Origin: a virus
Virus record (IMG/VR): IMGVR_UViG_3300047457_000500
Coordinates: 32,001 to 96,000 of that record
Length of the DNA stretch: 64,000 nucleotides
Reading direction: 5' to 3' (one strand)
Shown here piece by piece: positions 1-10,463 of this stretch. Within the stretch, counting starts at the first letter, position 1, and every line of letters begins with the position of its first letter. A program made the translations under genes and the position numbers. The notes below the pieces were generated by a model. The model made no database searches and was not told where the DNA came from. It was given only the letters and a program-made list of their open reading frames with translations.

Positions 1-3000
1 AAATATTTCTATTCTCTTTTTGCCACCAAATAACTGATCCAAGGTCTTCATAGAAGCAGACCAGCCTTCTGTTACCTTGATTTGATTTTTGCGAACGTCT
101 CGTAATTTCTTTACAAGTTCATCAAGTACGGATGTTTGTTTGGTTCCTCCGCCTGAAGATGGTGTTTTTGTTGGGCCAGTTGTTGTATCTGCTGCCGTTA
201 CAGTAACACGTTGAGCATTCCATTGAGCGTACTCTTGTAATTGTGTTCCAGGTGGAGAATTTTTATATGCAGACCCTTCAGCGCTTAACCAAGACTGTAG
301 CGCTGGATCGTCTGGAGATACAGTTGTTATAGTTTGAACTAATGTCTGTAGGTAAACCTTCTTTAACTCATCAGTTTTAATACTATTAAAATAATCTAAG
401 TCATCATTTAATATTTTTAACTGATCTGCATTTAAAACTTTGCTTGCAACTGTAAAATCAATCTTGCCCTTAAGCGCTTCAATTTGTTCTGTTTGTTTCA
501 TCAATCTATCTGCTACTTCTGGGTTCTTTAATAAAAATTCAGTAATTATTGATGTATTTAAAACATTACCTGTTTTGGCCACCATTGCATAAAAACTTCT
601 AAGCCTTTCTGCCTCTTCTGCATTTCCAGCGCTTTCTATTTTAGCAATAAACTTAGTCTGCACACTCTTAACTGGATTACCATCTTTATCAACAAATAAA
701 GATGCAGTCGACATAATTTGATTTCCAAATGCTCCACCAAACTTAGTTATAATATTCATAACTTTAGTTATTGATTCTTTATCATTTCCAAATGACTCTA
801 AAAGATTTATCATTTGCATTGGATCTATTTCTCCAGATGCTAACTCCATCTTTAGAAGATATCTTTGTTCTCCAGTTAAATTTTGATTATCGTTAAGATT
901 TTGTTTTGCTAACTTTGCAACATCTTCCATGGCAGTGCCCTTATACTTATTAGTAATTGCTTTGTCTGCTCCTGTATCAAGTGCTTTTCTTGTTGCTCCC
1001 TCAGCAGTAGAATAAGAAGTTGCTATATCTTTTAATAATTTACCATTTTGTTCTAATAGTGCTGATCTATCTTTAAGATGCTTATTAGTTAATTCATCTA
1101 CCTTGGCTAAATCACCTGCTGCCTGTGCTTCTGCAATTCTTTTTTCATATGCAATATCTAATGAATCTACCATTTCTTGCTGCTGTTCTAGTGCCATTTT
1201 TTGCATAGCAATTGATGCCCCTGATGCTGTTCCTATTCTTTCTGCACGATCTTTCCTTGAGAATAAGTTTCCTGCTATAGAACCAGCAACTGCTCCAACT
1301 CCTGCACCTAATGCTGTTCCTATTACTGGAACAACAGAGCCTATGATTGCTCCAGTTGCTGCTCCTGCTAAAGCACCACCAACGGTACCACCTGCACCAA
1401 CCTTAAGCATATCTTTTCCAGTCCAAGCACCAGCAGACTTGGCCTGATCTCCGAATGACTGAACATTTTTTCTTGTTTCTTCTATTAATTTAACACGAAC
1501 TGCTAATGGATCTTTTAATAAATTTTCTCCATTAACGCCAATTAACTCTATAAGTTTTGCATTAACCTGAATTCCAAAACTATAATCTCCAAGTTCTTTT
1601 CCAATGTTTGCTGCAACGCTTCTTGCCTGGGCTGCTGTCATTGCTCCAGATGAAACCGCTGTTGCAAGTTGGTTAACCATTCTTCCCTGTGCTCCTGCAC
1701 GTCCCATACCCTGAATATTTTGTCCAGTTGCCTTTACTAAATCTTTGCCTTCTTGACTTGCAACAAAAGATTCTCCAAAGGTTGTCTTTCCTGTTTGAAT
1801 AGAGAATGGATTTACTGCTGCTTCTCTTCTTCTATCCATAACTTCGCCTGCTGTAACGCCTCCAGCAAACTTAGCCATGCTTCTTATTGCATCTTGCCCA
1901 GAACCTGTTGCTAAAGCAAGTTTCATTGCTGAGTCTTGTGCTTTATCAAAAGCCATTCTTAGCCTTACTGCTGCAGCAATAACTAATCCTATTCCTACTG
2001 CAAACAAACCTAGTTTACTTTGTAGTAATGGCAAGACCATAGTCAGCGCCATTAATGGCATCATTATCTTTTGTGCCATGTCGCCAATTGCTCCTGGCAT
2101 CATAGAGGCTCCCATGGTTATGGCTGAGGCTGCCATCATAGCGCCTCCAGCACCCATTCCTCTATTTGGAACACCATCTCCATCTGGATCCTGTGCAGTT
2201 GGCCTTCTAAGCCTTCCTAGTAGGCCTCCCTTAGCCTTGTTGCCAGCATTTCCTGAAGCACCAGCAGCAACCATACCAGTAACTTGTGACTGTGTAACTA
2301 GTTTCTTTTCTGCTAATGCCTTTAGTCTTGCTTGTCTTTCTAGTTGTCTTCTTAACGATTTCTGTGCTGGATCAATTGGTCCAGTTCCATAAAGTGCTGA
2401 TCTAGATGCTGCTGCCTTTTGTGCTTGAGACATTGCACCTTGTGCTACAGCACCACCTATTTGCTGTCCTGCAACTCTTGCATCATCAACATATTCTTTC
2501 ATGCCAATTACTGCGCCTGCTGCGATATCTGCACCAATCTTCTTTGTAACTCTAGATGGGGATGCAACCTGTGCTCTTTCCCTCATTCCTTCAGCCATGC
2601 TCTTTTCTGCAAAATCTACAAGGCTAAAACCTGTTCTCTTATAGAAAGTAAATCTATCTCCACCACGCCTAATTTTCATACCGTTGACGTCTACAGCACC
2701 CTTACTACCTCCACCTGGAGCAGTTGGTAGGCCTGCCATCTTTTGTGCTGCTTGAGAAATATTAATTCTTGCCTCGCCAGCAGTTACTGCTAATTGATCA
2801 AAGGCTCTAACTAATCTATTTTCTGCACCCATCTTTCTACGACCATAATCGTATGCTTCTTTAACATGAGTATCAGTTATTCTAGTATTTGCGTCAAGGC
2901 TTGTTAGGTAATCCTTCATATGTGTATCTAAGATAGCAAGATCTGCAGCAACATCTTGCATCTTCATTCCACCATTACGCAAAGATATCTTCCATCTATT

Positions 3001-5463
3001 GAGACCCCTCTTATCCCAATCTGCCATAAACTCGCCCTTACCAACTCCACGTCCACCTGGTTTCATAAGGTTATTCATTGATACCTGTCTGCCGTCAACA
3101 TTGGACATGCCAGTTGTTATACCTAGTTTTCCATAAAGATTAATCTTTAGGGTGTTAGCAAACTTCATGGCAACTGCTTCTATGGCCTGCATTGCTCTTG
3201 CACTAATAATACCTGCAGGCAATGCCTTTAACTTATTAACTAAGTCTAACGCCCCTACAGTTCTTGGAGTTCCTATATGAGAAAAATCACCAGCACCCTT
3301 TGTTCCAACGGAGAACATACTCATAGTTCCACCTGAAATCATATGCGCTATTGCTGGTTTATTTCTTGGATCTTGTGCTGGACCTGCTGGGATTACTGCC
3401 TCTCCAGGTGTCAGCATTGCTGGAACTGTGTCTGTTCCTCTTGCAAAATAAAATGGCTTTACCTTCTTTGTTCCATCAGCAAAACCTTTTCTTCCTTTGC
3501 CTACTATTGGTCCACCAAAACCTCTTTGTGCTGCAATTGCTCTTTGATATGCCTGAGTTAATGCATTAAGTGCTGCAACTTCAGATGTAAATGTTTGTTG
3601 TAACTTAACATGTACCTGCTCCAAAGATGCTGCGACAGCAGTTGCCTGTGCCTGTTCAGCAGTTAAAAATTGTGTTTGATTTCCTAATACAGTGGAAGAT
3701 TGACCAGCCCTATTAAATACAGATTTCATACTTACAAAAAGTTTAATTATATTAGCCAAACCATTAGCCAACAAACCAAATGTCATAAGAAGTACTGGAC
3801 CTATTCCTCCTAAAAGAGTAGTTAGGATAATAACAAATTTCTTTGTACCGTCTCCTAAATTATTAAATTTTTCTAATATTTTACTAACAAACTCTACAAT
3901 TGGAGTTATTGCTTTTAAGAACTGCTCTCCTACAGGGGCAAGAGTTACCTTTAGATCTTCTATTGTTTTCTTAAATTTATATGTAGTAGACTCTTCTACT
4001 CTTGCCAGTTCTCGCTCAGATAAAATAGCAAGTTCTTCCGTAGTTGCCTTTGTTAATGTTAAAACACGACTTGCCTGATTTCCCTCAGCAATTACGTTTT
4101 GAAATAATGTGGACAAACGTGAAAACTGGAACTTACCAAATAGTTGTTCGATTGCACGAGCACGGTTTAATGGATCAAGAGTATTTAATGCATTAGCAAA
4201 ATCAACAACAACACCCTTAACATTGCCCTTATTTGCTTCAACAATTCCAGTTATATTAACTCCCATTTCTCCAAGCATCTTGCTTGCTTTTTCTGTAGGG
4301 TTAATTAATGATGCCAGACCAGACTTGAGTGCGTTAGCGCCTTCGGAAGCATTGATGCCACCTTCCTTCATAGCAGTTAAGAAGAATGCTAAGTCTTCAA
4401 CATCTCCACCCAATTGCTGAACTACTGGACCTGCTTTTGGAATAGCAATAGTTAAATCTTCAATAGAAACAACTGTTTGGTTTTCTACTGCGTTTAGAAA
4501 GTTAATCTTTTTAGCAAGATCTTCAGATGCCAAACCGAAAGCGTTTGTTAATGATATTGTGGTTTCTAATGCTTGTTCTTGCTCTACTCCACCAAGAACC
4601 GCAAGTCTTGTTGCCTCATTTACCTGTGCTAAAAGGTCTGCACCTAGTTTACCGCTTGCTGCTGCTGATGCAGCCATCTCCATAGTTTTCTCAACAGAAA
4701 CTCCATACCTAGTAAACTCTTTAGCAAGTAGTTGAATTTCTTTAAGCATCTTATCTGTTTCTTCACCAGTAGTAAACATTTCACCATAAACACGCTTAAA
4801 TCTAATTGCCTGTTCTTCTAACTTCATAAATGTTTTTGCTGCTGCTGTTCCTAAATAAGCCAGAGGAACGGTGAAACCAACCATTAACTGACGACCAGCC
4901 CACTGTGTATTTTTACCGAAGTTAAGCATATTTGTAGCGCCCTGCTTTAATAATTGATTAAGCAATGCTTGGCGCTGTGACGCAATAGCAGTTTGAGTTC
5001 CAAGATTCTTCATATCAAGTGCCAACGGTCTAACTGCAATAGCCTTCATTGCGCCATTGGCATCTCTGCCTAACTTAACGTATTGTGTTTGTAAATCTTT
5101 AACTCTTTCTCTTGCTACTTTATTTACAGTATCAAATTCTGATTTAAAAAATTTACCAAATGTTTTTGTGGCACCCATCGAATAACGGTAATAATCCCGC
5201 ATCGACAGTTTGTTTTTTTCTAATGCATTTGTAAAAGATTCTGTGGTTGTTTTAACATTCCGCATAGAAGCGGACCATTTACCACTAGCATTAAGTGAGT
5301 TAATTAAATTTTGTTGCATGTTGGCAGAGACGGCTGCTGCTGCAGCGCCACTCTTTGCCATTGATGTATGGAAGGCTGATATCTGCCTTTGTAATGCTTT
5401 TATGCTGGCTAATGCTTCAGACGTATCTATATTTACATGAATATTAGATTGAACATCAGCCAT
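1..5463 (-). CDS. Tape measure protein (partial, runs off the left end)
   Basis: Manual translation from ATG at 5463 (RBS GAGGTG): MADVQSNIHVNIDTSEALASIKALQRQ... Long Ala/Leu-rich helical ORF with FARGTDTVPAMLTPGEAVIPA motif, directly downstream of the tail chaperones. Not in the ORF track because it is open at the edge. Confidence 0.9.
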   Translation of the reverse strand, partial: MADVQSNIHVNIDTSEALASIKALQRQISAFHTSMAKSGAAAAAVSANMQQNLINSLNASGKWSASMRNVKTTTESFTNALEKNKLSMRDYYRYSMGATKTFGKFFKSEFDTVNKVARERVKDLQTQYVKLGRDANGAMKAIAVRPLALDMKNLGTQTAIASQRQALLNQLLKQGATNMLNFGKNTQWAGRQLMVGFTVPLAYLGTAAAKTFMKLEEQAIRFKRVYGEMFTTGEETDKMLKEIQLLAKEFTRYGVSVEKTMEMAASAAASGKLGADLLAQVNEATRLAVLGGVEQEQALETTISLTNAFGLASEDLAKKINFLNAVENQTVVSIEDLTIAIPKAGPVVQQLGGDVEDLAFFLTAMKEGGINASEGANALKSGLASLINPTEKASKMLGEMGVNITGIVEANKGNVKGVVVDFANALNTLDPLNRARAIEQLFGKFQFSRLSTLFQNVIAEGNQASRVLTLTKATTEELAILSERELARVEESTTYKFKKTIEDLKVTLAPVGEQFLKAITPIVEFVSKILEKFNNLGDGTKKFVIILTTLLGGIGPVLLMTFGLLANGLANIIKLFVSMKSVFNRAGQSSTVLGNQTQFLTAEQAQATAVAASLEQVHVKLQQTFTSEVAALNALTQAYQRAIAAQRGFGGPIVGKGRKGFADGTKKVKPFYFARGTDTVPAMLTPGEAVIPAGPAQDPRNKPAIAHMISGGTMSMFSVGTKGAGDFSHIGTPRTVGALDLVNKLKALPAGIISARAMQAIEAVAMKFANTLKINLYGKLGITTGMSNVDGRQVSMNNLMKPGGRGVGKGEFMADWDKRGLNRWKISLRNGGMKMQDVAADLAILDTHMKDYLTSLDANTRITDTHVKEAYDYGRRKMGAENRLVRAFDQLAVTAGEARINISQAAQKMAGLPTAPGGGSKGAVDVNGMKIRRGGDRFTFYKRTGFSLVDFAEKSMAEGMRERAQVASPSRVTKKIGADIAAGAVIGMKEYVDDARVAGQQIGGAVAQGAMSQAQKAAASRSALYGTGPIDPAQKSLRRQLERQARLKALAEKKLVTQSQVTGMVAAGASGNAGNKAKGGLLGRLRRPTAQDPDGDGVPNRGMGAGGAMMAASAITMGASMMPGAIGDMAQKIMMPLMALTMVLPLLQSKLGLFAVGIGLVIAAAVRLRMAFDKAQDSAMKLALATGSGQDAIRSMAKFAGGVTAGEVMDRRREAAVNPFSIQTGKTTFGESFVASQEGKDLVKATGQNIQGMGRAGAQGRMVNQLATAVSSGAMTAAQARSVAANIGKELGDYSFGIQVNAKLIELIGVNGENLLKDPLAVRVKLIEETRKNVQSFGDQAKSAGAWTGKDMLKVGAGGTVGGALAGAATGAIIGSVVPVIGTALGAGVGAVAGSIAGNLFSRKDRAERIGTASGASIAMQKMALEQQQEMVDSLDIAYEKRIAEAQAAGDLAKVDELTNKHLKDRSALLEQNGKLLKDIATSYSTAEGATRKALDTGADKAITNKYKGTAMEDVAKLAKQNLNDNQNLTGEQRYLLKMELASGEIDPMQMINLLESFGNDKESITKVMNIITKFGGAFGNQIMSTASLFVDKDGNPVKSVQTKFIAKIESAGNAEEAERLRSFYAMVAKTGNVLNTSIITEFLLKNPEVADRLMKQTEQIEALKGKIDFTVASKVLNADQLKILNDDLDYFNSIKTDELKKVYLQTLVQTITTVSPDDPALQSWLSAEGSAYKNSPPGTQLQEYAQWNAQRVTVTAADTTTGPTKTPSSGGGTKQTSVLDELVKKLRDVRKNQIKVTEGWSASMKTLDQLFGGKKRIEIF

Positions 5464-5489
5464 TCCATAACACCTCTATATTATTAAGT

Positions 5490-5816
5490 TTATACGTTTC
5501 CAAGACCGCTTATTAACGAAGCATCTGTTAATTTGATTCCAGAAGCCTCTTCTACGATCTTGTAAACTGTTGGAAGATCAAGGTTCTCTTCAAGAGCAGT
5601 TAAATCTTCCGCTAACTCTGGCTTATATTGCTGCATAGCAATTGCTACACATTCCATAAGTAGAGTCATTGATTTTTCATTATCATCAGCGACTGCTGCA
5701 ATACCTTCAAACTTCTTCATAAATGGACGAAGTAAAGATATCTTAAGTGGTCTTACTTTTATTTTTGTGCCGTCAATGAGTGCTATTTCTTTTGTCTCAT
5801 GCACAGTTGTAGCCAT
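5490..5816 (-). CDS. Tail assembly chaperone, short (gpG-like) form
   Basis: 108 aa between major tail and tape measure genes; paralogous to the N-terminus of 5868..6551. Confidence 0.7.
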   Translation of the reverse strand: MATTVHETKEIALIDGTKIKVRPLKISLLRPFMKKFEGIAAVADDNEKSMTLLMECVAIAMQQYKPELAEDLTALEENLDLPTVYKIVEEASGIKLTDASLISGLGNV

Positions 5817-5867
5817 TAATTCCTCCTTATAAGGTTGAATTAATTATACCATAACGCACCTTTATTT

Positions 5868-6551
5868 TTAGTCGTTAATTTCTTCATAATCTAGGCCCAT
5901 GCCAATGCCAAACCCAGCCTTTTGAGCATTGATTCCTTGAAGTGATATTATGTCATTAGAATCTGTAGCCTTGCCACGACTGAATACTCTAGCCTTCATA
6001 TCTTCCCATGCATTAGACTTATTTGTATTTTTATCTAAATCTACCCCTTGAATTGCTGCATAAAACTTTTTGTCTGAATAATCTAATTCTCTTTTAATAT
6101 TTAATGTGGCTGTCAATTCTGGCATTGACATAGATGTTTCTAGTTCTTCGTAATCTTTCCATATACCCAAAAGAAATACCTCTGATTCTAACTTTACTAA
6201 GTCTAGTTTTTCCCAAGGGGATCCGCTGTCTACGGCCTGATCTTTCACCTTTTCTTTTGAATCTTTATCTATTTTAATTCCTGCAGCGATATCCAATATT
6301 TTATATATTGTTGACAGGTCTATGCTATCCTCAAGTTCTTCTATTGTTTTTATGCTTGGATAATACTGTTGCATTGTTATAAGAGCACATTTAGCCAACT
6401 CTCCTATTGCTTGGTCATCTCCCTTAGCCTTACCAACATTTTCAAATTGTTTCATGAATTGTCTAAGATATTTTATTTTTAAAGGAGTGATATATATTTG
6501 TGTTCCATCAATAAGATTTATATAATCACTTTCATATATTTCTGTGGCCAT
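5868..6551 (-). CDS. Tail assembly chaperone, long (gpGT-like) form
   Basis: N-terminal ~100 aa align with 5490..5816 (LIDGT.I...PLKI..LR.FMK.FE, MQQY.P, DL.T.YKI); carries a C-terminal extension. Confidence 0.65.
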   Translation of the reverse strand: MATEIYESDYINLIDGTQIYITPLKIKYLRQFMKQFENVGKAKGDDQAIGELAKCALITMQQYYPSIKTIEELEDSIDLSTIYKILDIAAGIKIDKDSKEKVKDQAVDSGSPWEKLDLVKLESEVFLLGIWKDYEELETSMSMPELTATLNIKRELDYSDKKFYAAIQGVDLDKNTNKSNAWEDMKARVFSRGKATDSNDIISLQGINAQKAGFGIGMGLDYEEIND

Positions 6552-6571
6552 CTATTTATTATATCAAACAG

Positions 6572-6597
6572 AAAAGCCCAGCCATTACGACTGGGCT
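6572..6597 (-). terminator. Intrinsic terminator after major tail gene
   Basis: Minus strand AGCCCAGTC-GTAAT-GGCTGGGCT followed by TTT. Confidence 0.75.
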
Positions 6598-6617
6598 ATC
6601 TGCTTTATTAAATTGTA

Positions 6618-7247
6618 TTATACTGGTGTTACAGTACGATCAATGATCTTACCGTATGAACCTGATGTGTCATCTGGAAGAAGACGGAATGAAACTTCGA
6701 ACATTGTAGCCTCATCACGCTTTGCTGATACTGTTACATTTTCAATTGAAAGTGCACGGTATGCAACATAAATTCTCTCCTTGTTAGATCCCTCATCACA
6801 GTCACCAGTTCCTGGTCCGACAGCAACCAAACCACGCTCTACTGGGCATTCGCCGAGATTACCTGATTTGATGTTGAATGTCTGGCCATTGGAAGTGTCC
6901 TTGTCACCTGTAAGATCAGAGTCTGATCCTGCAACTGCAACAAGAAGGTTTTCCAATGTGGATTCAGCAAAAGTAGTATTTAGGTTTACCTGCATGCCTT
7001 GCTTAAACAACTTAGCAACGTCAAGAACCTGGTCAACTTGAACTTCACCGAAATCTGGTTGGAACTGTAGTTCCAAACCATTCATGGTGTAACCGATATT
7101 ACGGAAGTCTGGTGTCTCGCCATCCATAGTTACTGAATACTTTTCACCTGAGACAGGAGTTGGGTTTCCACCTACTGCCAAAGGAGCATCAGCAACCCAG
7201 AGTTGCGCTGCACCGACGATAATATTATTACTATTACCTAGAGCCAT
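6618..7247 (-). CDS. Major tail (tube) protein
   Basis: 209 aa beta-rich with IGYTMNGLELQFQP motif; position before chaperones and tape measure; strong SD GAGGTG. Confidence 0.8.
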   Translation of the reverse strand: MALGNSNNIIVGAAQLWVADAPLAVGGNPTPVSGEKYSVTMDGETPDFRNIGYTMNGLELQFQPDFGEVQVDQVLDVAKLFKQGMQVNLNTTFAESTLENLLVAVAGSDSDLTGDKDTSNGQTFNIKSGNLGECPVERGLVAVGPGTGDCDEGSNKERIYVAYRALSIENVTVSAKRDEATMFEVSFRLLPDDTSGSYGKIIDRTVTPV

Positions 7248-7326
7248 ATTTATTTCACCTCTTTATTTTCTAGAAATTAAAAGGCGTGTTTCCTCGTCTA
7301 TAAGTATACAGCCTTTTATTAATTTA

Positions 7327-7890
7327 TTAAGGGTTTACAATGTCCTTATGTTGATGATAATCATAATCAATAATGATCTTATTACCCGCATAGGTTCGGG
7401 CTGTTCCGAAGTCTACTATATCCCGTGCCTCTTCTAACTGATATATCTTGAAGTTATGGAAATAGAATTTGCAATAAACTAGATCTGAAGGAAGGTTAGG
7501 GTTTCTGTTAAAATCTATAGGATTATTTTTAGCCCACTCATTTAACTCCTGAGCACTTTCATCTCCCCTATCCATAAGTCTCATCACTGCCTCTTGTATT
7601 TGGACCATTTTTTCAGCAGGAGTTAAACCTTGATTATCTCCCATAGCATAAAAATAATACAAAACCTGTTCACATTTAATGTGTGGAAAGGGGCCACGGC
7701 GCATCCTAAACATTCGATCCCACACAACCATGGTGCCGTCTTCAAATTGATTCTGTAATGCTTCTAATGTTGATGGACCTGTTGGGAAAAATGGCTTCAT
7801 TTGGAAGCCAGTCAACAAACTAATCTTTTCTTGTAAATATGTATTAATCCATAGCACTGGTGTATTTAATAATGATGTCGATTCTGTCAT
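7327..7890 (-). CDS. Putative tail terminator/completion protein
   Basis: Synteny only (immediately before major tail gene). Confidence 0.45.
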   Translation of the reverse strand: MTESTSLLNTPVLWINTYLQEKISLLTGFQMKPFFPTGPSTLEALQNQFEDGTMVVWDRMFRMRRGPFPHIKCEQVLYYFYAMGDNQGLTPAEKMVQIQEAVMRLMDRGDESAQELNEWAKNNPIDFNRNPNLPSDLVYCKFYFHNFKIYQLEEARDIVDFGTARTYAGNKIIIDYDYHQHKDIVNP

Positions 7891-8561
7891 AATCCAACTC
7901 CTGCGTTTGCTATCCAGCGATACCCTGTTTGATAACCCTTAACCTTGCCACCTTTTTTGCCAGCAGTCATATTCTTTTTATATGCTACTGGGTTTTCTAG
8001 GTATTGAGATATACCGCTTGTTATTAAAAATGCCTGAGTAAAATATCTTTTAAAAAATGAATCGAATATCTTTTCAAATGAACCCTCTACTTCGTCTCCT
8101 CCAGGATTTGATACTTCTACTGGTTGCTTAGTAAATATTTGTTCTCCATTTATATCAAAGGATAGTGCCTGTGCTTTTTTAGGTGCAATTACAACAGGAA
8201 TCCCCTCTTCCATTATTCTTGCCTTGTCGTAAAATGGAACTCTTGATCCATTTTTAATTGATGTTGATTGCTTAAATGTTGACTTAAAAGATAAGCCCAA
8301 ATTGCTTGTAGTATATTGAATATCATATAATCTTGCATCAGGACTTCCAGTCTGATTCCATTCATATACGTGGTGTAACATTCTAGGATTTACTCTAGCA
8401 TTTGAGTCTATATACTCTTTCATTAACTCTACAGTTTCCATACCTATTACATTAAGGAATGCTTTTTTACCGCCCTGAATACCATCTAAAAAGCCTATAG
8501 AATAATCAATAATATTTTTCATATCTTTCTTAAACATCGCATTATTAAACTTAACTATCAT
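7887..8561 (-). CDS. Putative neck/tail completion protein
   Basis: Synteny in head-tail joining block; ATGA-type overlaps with neighbours. Confidence 0.45.
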   Translation of the reverse strand: MIVKFNNAMFKKDMKNIIDYSIGFLDGIQGGKKAFLNVIGMETVELMKEYIDSNARVNPRMLHHVYEWNQTGSPDARLYDIQYTTSNLGLSFKSTFKQSTSIKNGSRVPFYDKARIMEEGIPVVIAPKKAQALSFDINGEQIFTKQPVEVSNPGGDEVEGSFEKIFDSFFKRYFTQAFLITSGISQYLENPVAYKKNMTAGKKGGKVKGYQTGYRWIANAGVGL

Positions 8562-9007
8562 ACATCTACCGCCTGGTTTTCAGATCTACGGATAACTAAC
8601 TTATAATATTCAACATTTCCGAATGGCCCAGCAAATGGATCTTGTGTCGCTATTTCAAATATTGTAGACTTGCCTGCACGTGGACCTGATGTTTCTAGAT
8701 ATATTTCATTACAATTTTTATCTCTTATGTTAGTTATAATTACGTTAGTTATAGAATTTCGAGCCTCTAGACTGGACATTCTGATATCTGTTTTAACACG
8801 ACCCATAAGTAGTTTATCTTGAGTTATATTAATGTTTGGCTGAACTTCTTCTTTAAATGCTGTACCTGCTGTAGTAAAAGAACATGCAATTGTTCTGTCT
8901 AAAATCCAAGTTTTCTTAACTTCTCCATATACACCTTGCTCAACAATTGGATGATAAACATCTGCTTGCATAGGAAATGCGAAGTCTGGTGTTTCGCATA
9001 TAACCAT
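8558..9007 (-). CDS. Putative head closure (stopper) protein
   Basis: 149 aa beta-rich; position after adaptor. Confidence 0.5.
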   Translation of the reverse strand: MVICETPDFAFPMQADVYHPIVEQGVYGEVKKTWILDRTIACSFTTAGTAFKEEVQPNINITQDKLLMGRVKTDIRMSSLEARNSITNVIITNIRDKNCNEIYLETSGPRAGKSTIFEIATQDPFAGPFGNVEYYKLVIRRSENQAVDV

Positions 9008-9885
9008 TATAGTACTCCAACGAACTCAATCGGTTTACGATATTTGTTAAGTATTTTATCTACTATTAAGTTTCCAGTGCCTTCAAATACAGCCTTATCA
9101 AACTGAATTCTAAATTGATCAGTATTATATGCACCAATATATCTCTTGTAATAATCTAACTTACCGCAATCAATATCATGTACTAGTAACTCTGTTGCCT
9201 TAACTATGTCTGATGGAACCTTATGATATCCCACTTCTAACTCTATCTTATAATCCCAGCCTCGTGGAAATCCTCTTTCAGAAAACATAAACTCTAAATA
9301 ATCTGTTGGAGATCCTGGATAAAATATTGGCTTTGATTCATTGCGATTAATTAAATCTGGATATGCAGTTCTAATTGCAGATCCATCCCCAGTTATTTCA
9401 AACTCAAAAGTAGAGTTTTCTAAATCATCTACGTCATACACCAGAACGTTATTCTCGTATACCTTTAATACCTTTTTGGCATCTACCCATATTGGAATAT
9501 AATCTAATCCCAAACCAGTTGTCTCTATAACTTTTTTCTTATAATAAAATTCTACATCGCAAACCGAATCAATTATTGCTCTTGCTAATTCTTCGCTTTG
9601 TCTATATGCTTCTATGTCACTAGCCGTTGTACCCTTAGTATTAGGATCTACATATGGACGTACTACATCTACATACGTATCCTCTCCATCTACCGTGACT
9701 TTATACTGAGTATCGTATTTTGAAGATAATGGAATAATTACTTTGCTTGATGCATTAGACGTAACTTCCCCTGTTATTTCTGAAGAGTCCGCCATATCAG
9801 TAATAGCGTATTCATACTCTGTAGTTGCTAAAGCAACATCAAGTGTAACGCTTAAATTATATGGCGGAACTCTCAGAACTTCCAT
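9007..9885 (-). CDS. Putative head-tail adaptor
   Basis: AIIDSVC...; GYHKVPSDIVKAT and VDKILNKYR resemble gp6/gp15-type connector ends; downstream of capsid. Confidence 0.6.
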   Translation of the reverse strand: MEVLRVPPYNLSVTLDVALATTEYEYAITDMADSSEITGEVTSNASSKVIIPLSSKYDTQYKVTVDGEDTYVDVVRPYVDPNTKGTTASDIEAYRQSEELARAIIDSVCDVEFYYKKKVIETTGLGLDYIPIWVDAKKVLKVYENNVLVYDVDDLENSTFEFEITGDGSAIRTAYPDLINRNESKPIFYPGSPTDYLEFMFSERGFPRGWDYKIELEVGYHKVPSDIVKATELLVHDIDCGKLDYYKRYIGAYNTDQFRIQFDKAVFEGTGNLIVDKILNKYRKPIEFVGVL

Positions 9886-10365
9886 TTAGCGACCAAACTC
9901 CTTGGCTACTTCTTCTGGTGTAGCAATTCTTACGTGGTCACGAGTAAGCCACTTATCTGCTTGCTCTTGTGTTACGATATTGTATCCACGATAAACTTTG
10001 CCAACCCCACCCCAACTTACATTTTTTGTTGAGAATACTGCGATGGTCTTATTTGACTTTTTCTTAGAGGCAGGTGCTGCACTCTTAACTGGTCTTGGTG
10101 TTTCTGCAACACCAATTACACCATTTACAATAGACCCTACAGCCTGTACTGTATCACTTGCAGATCTTCCTAAGTCGTTTGTGGTAATAGCATCAGGTGA
10201 TTCTGATACTTCAGAAACTGACGCTTCAATATTATTTGCAGCAGCAACTTCTTCTACCTTTGTTTCAACTACAGGTTCTTCAGTAACTACTGATTCAACA
10301 GGAGCCTCTGGAGCACTTTCAACTGATACTTCGTTATTTACATTATTAAAATTATTTTCTTCCAT
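9886..10365 (-). CDS. Hypothetical protein (acidic low-complexity N-terminus, small C-terminal domain)
   Basis: ORF with SD AGGAGG in head module. Confidence 0.6.
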   Translation of the reverse strand: MEENNFNNVNNEVSVESAPEAPVESVVTEEPVVETKVEEVAAANNIEASVSEVSESPDAITTNDLGRSASDTVQAVGSIVNGVIGVAETPRPVKSAAPASKKKSNKTIAVFSTKNVSWGGVGKVYRGYNIVTQEQADKWLTRDHVRIATPEEVAKEFGR

Positions 10366-10407
10366 TATTTAACCTCCTATATGAACTATTATAACAGAAT
10401 ACTAAAG

Positions 10408-10444
10408 ATAAGAGGGGGAGGAGAACTAGCCCCTGCCCCCTCTC
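10408..10444 (-). terminator. Intrinsic terminator after major capsid gene
   Basis: Minus strand AGAGGGGGCAGGGG-CTAG-TTCTCCTCCCCCTCT GC-rich hairpin followed by TATCTTT. Confidence 0.7.
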
Positions 10445-10463
10445 AAAGGTTACTGATTACAGA

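Noticed and set aside
1103-5440. Plus-strand ORFs in the ORF track (1103, 1877, 2419, 3343, 4109, 5210)
   Set aside because: Antisense shadows of the tape measure gene; no RBS or recognisable motifs
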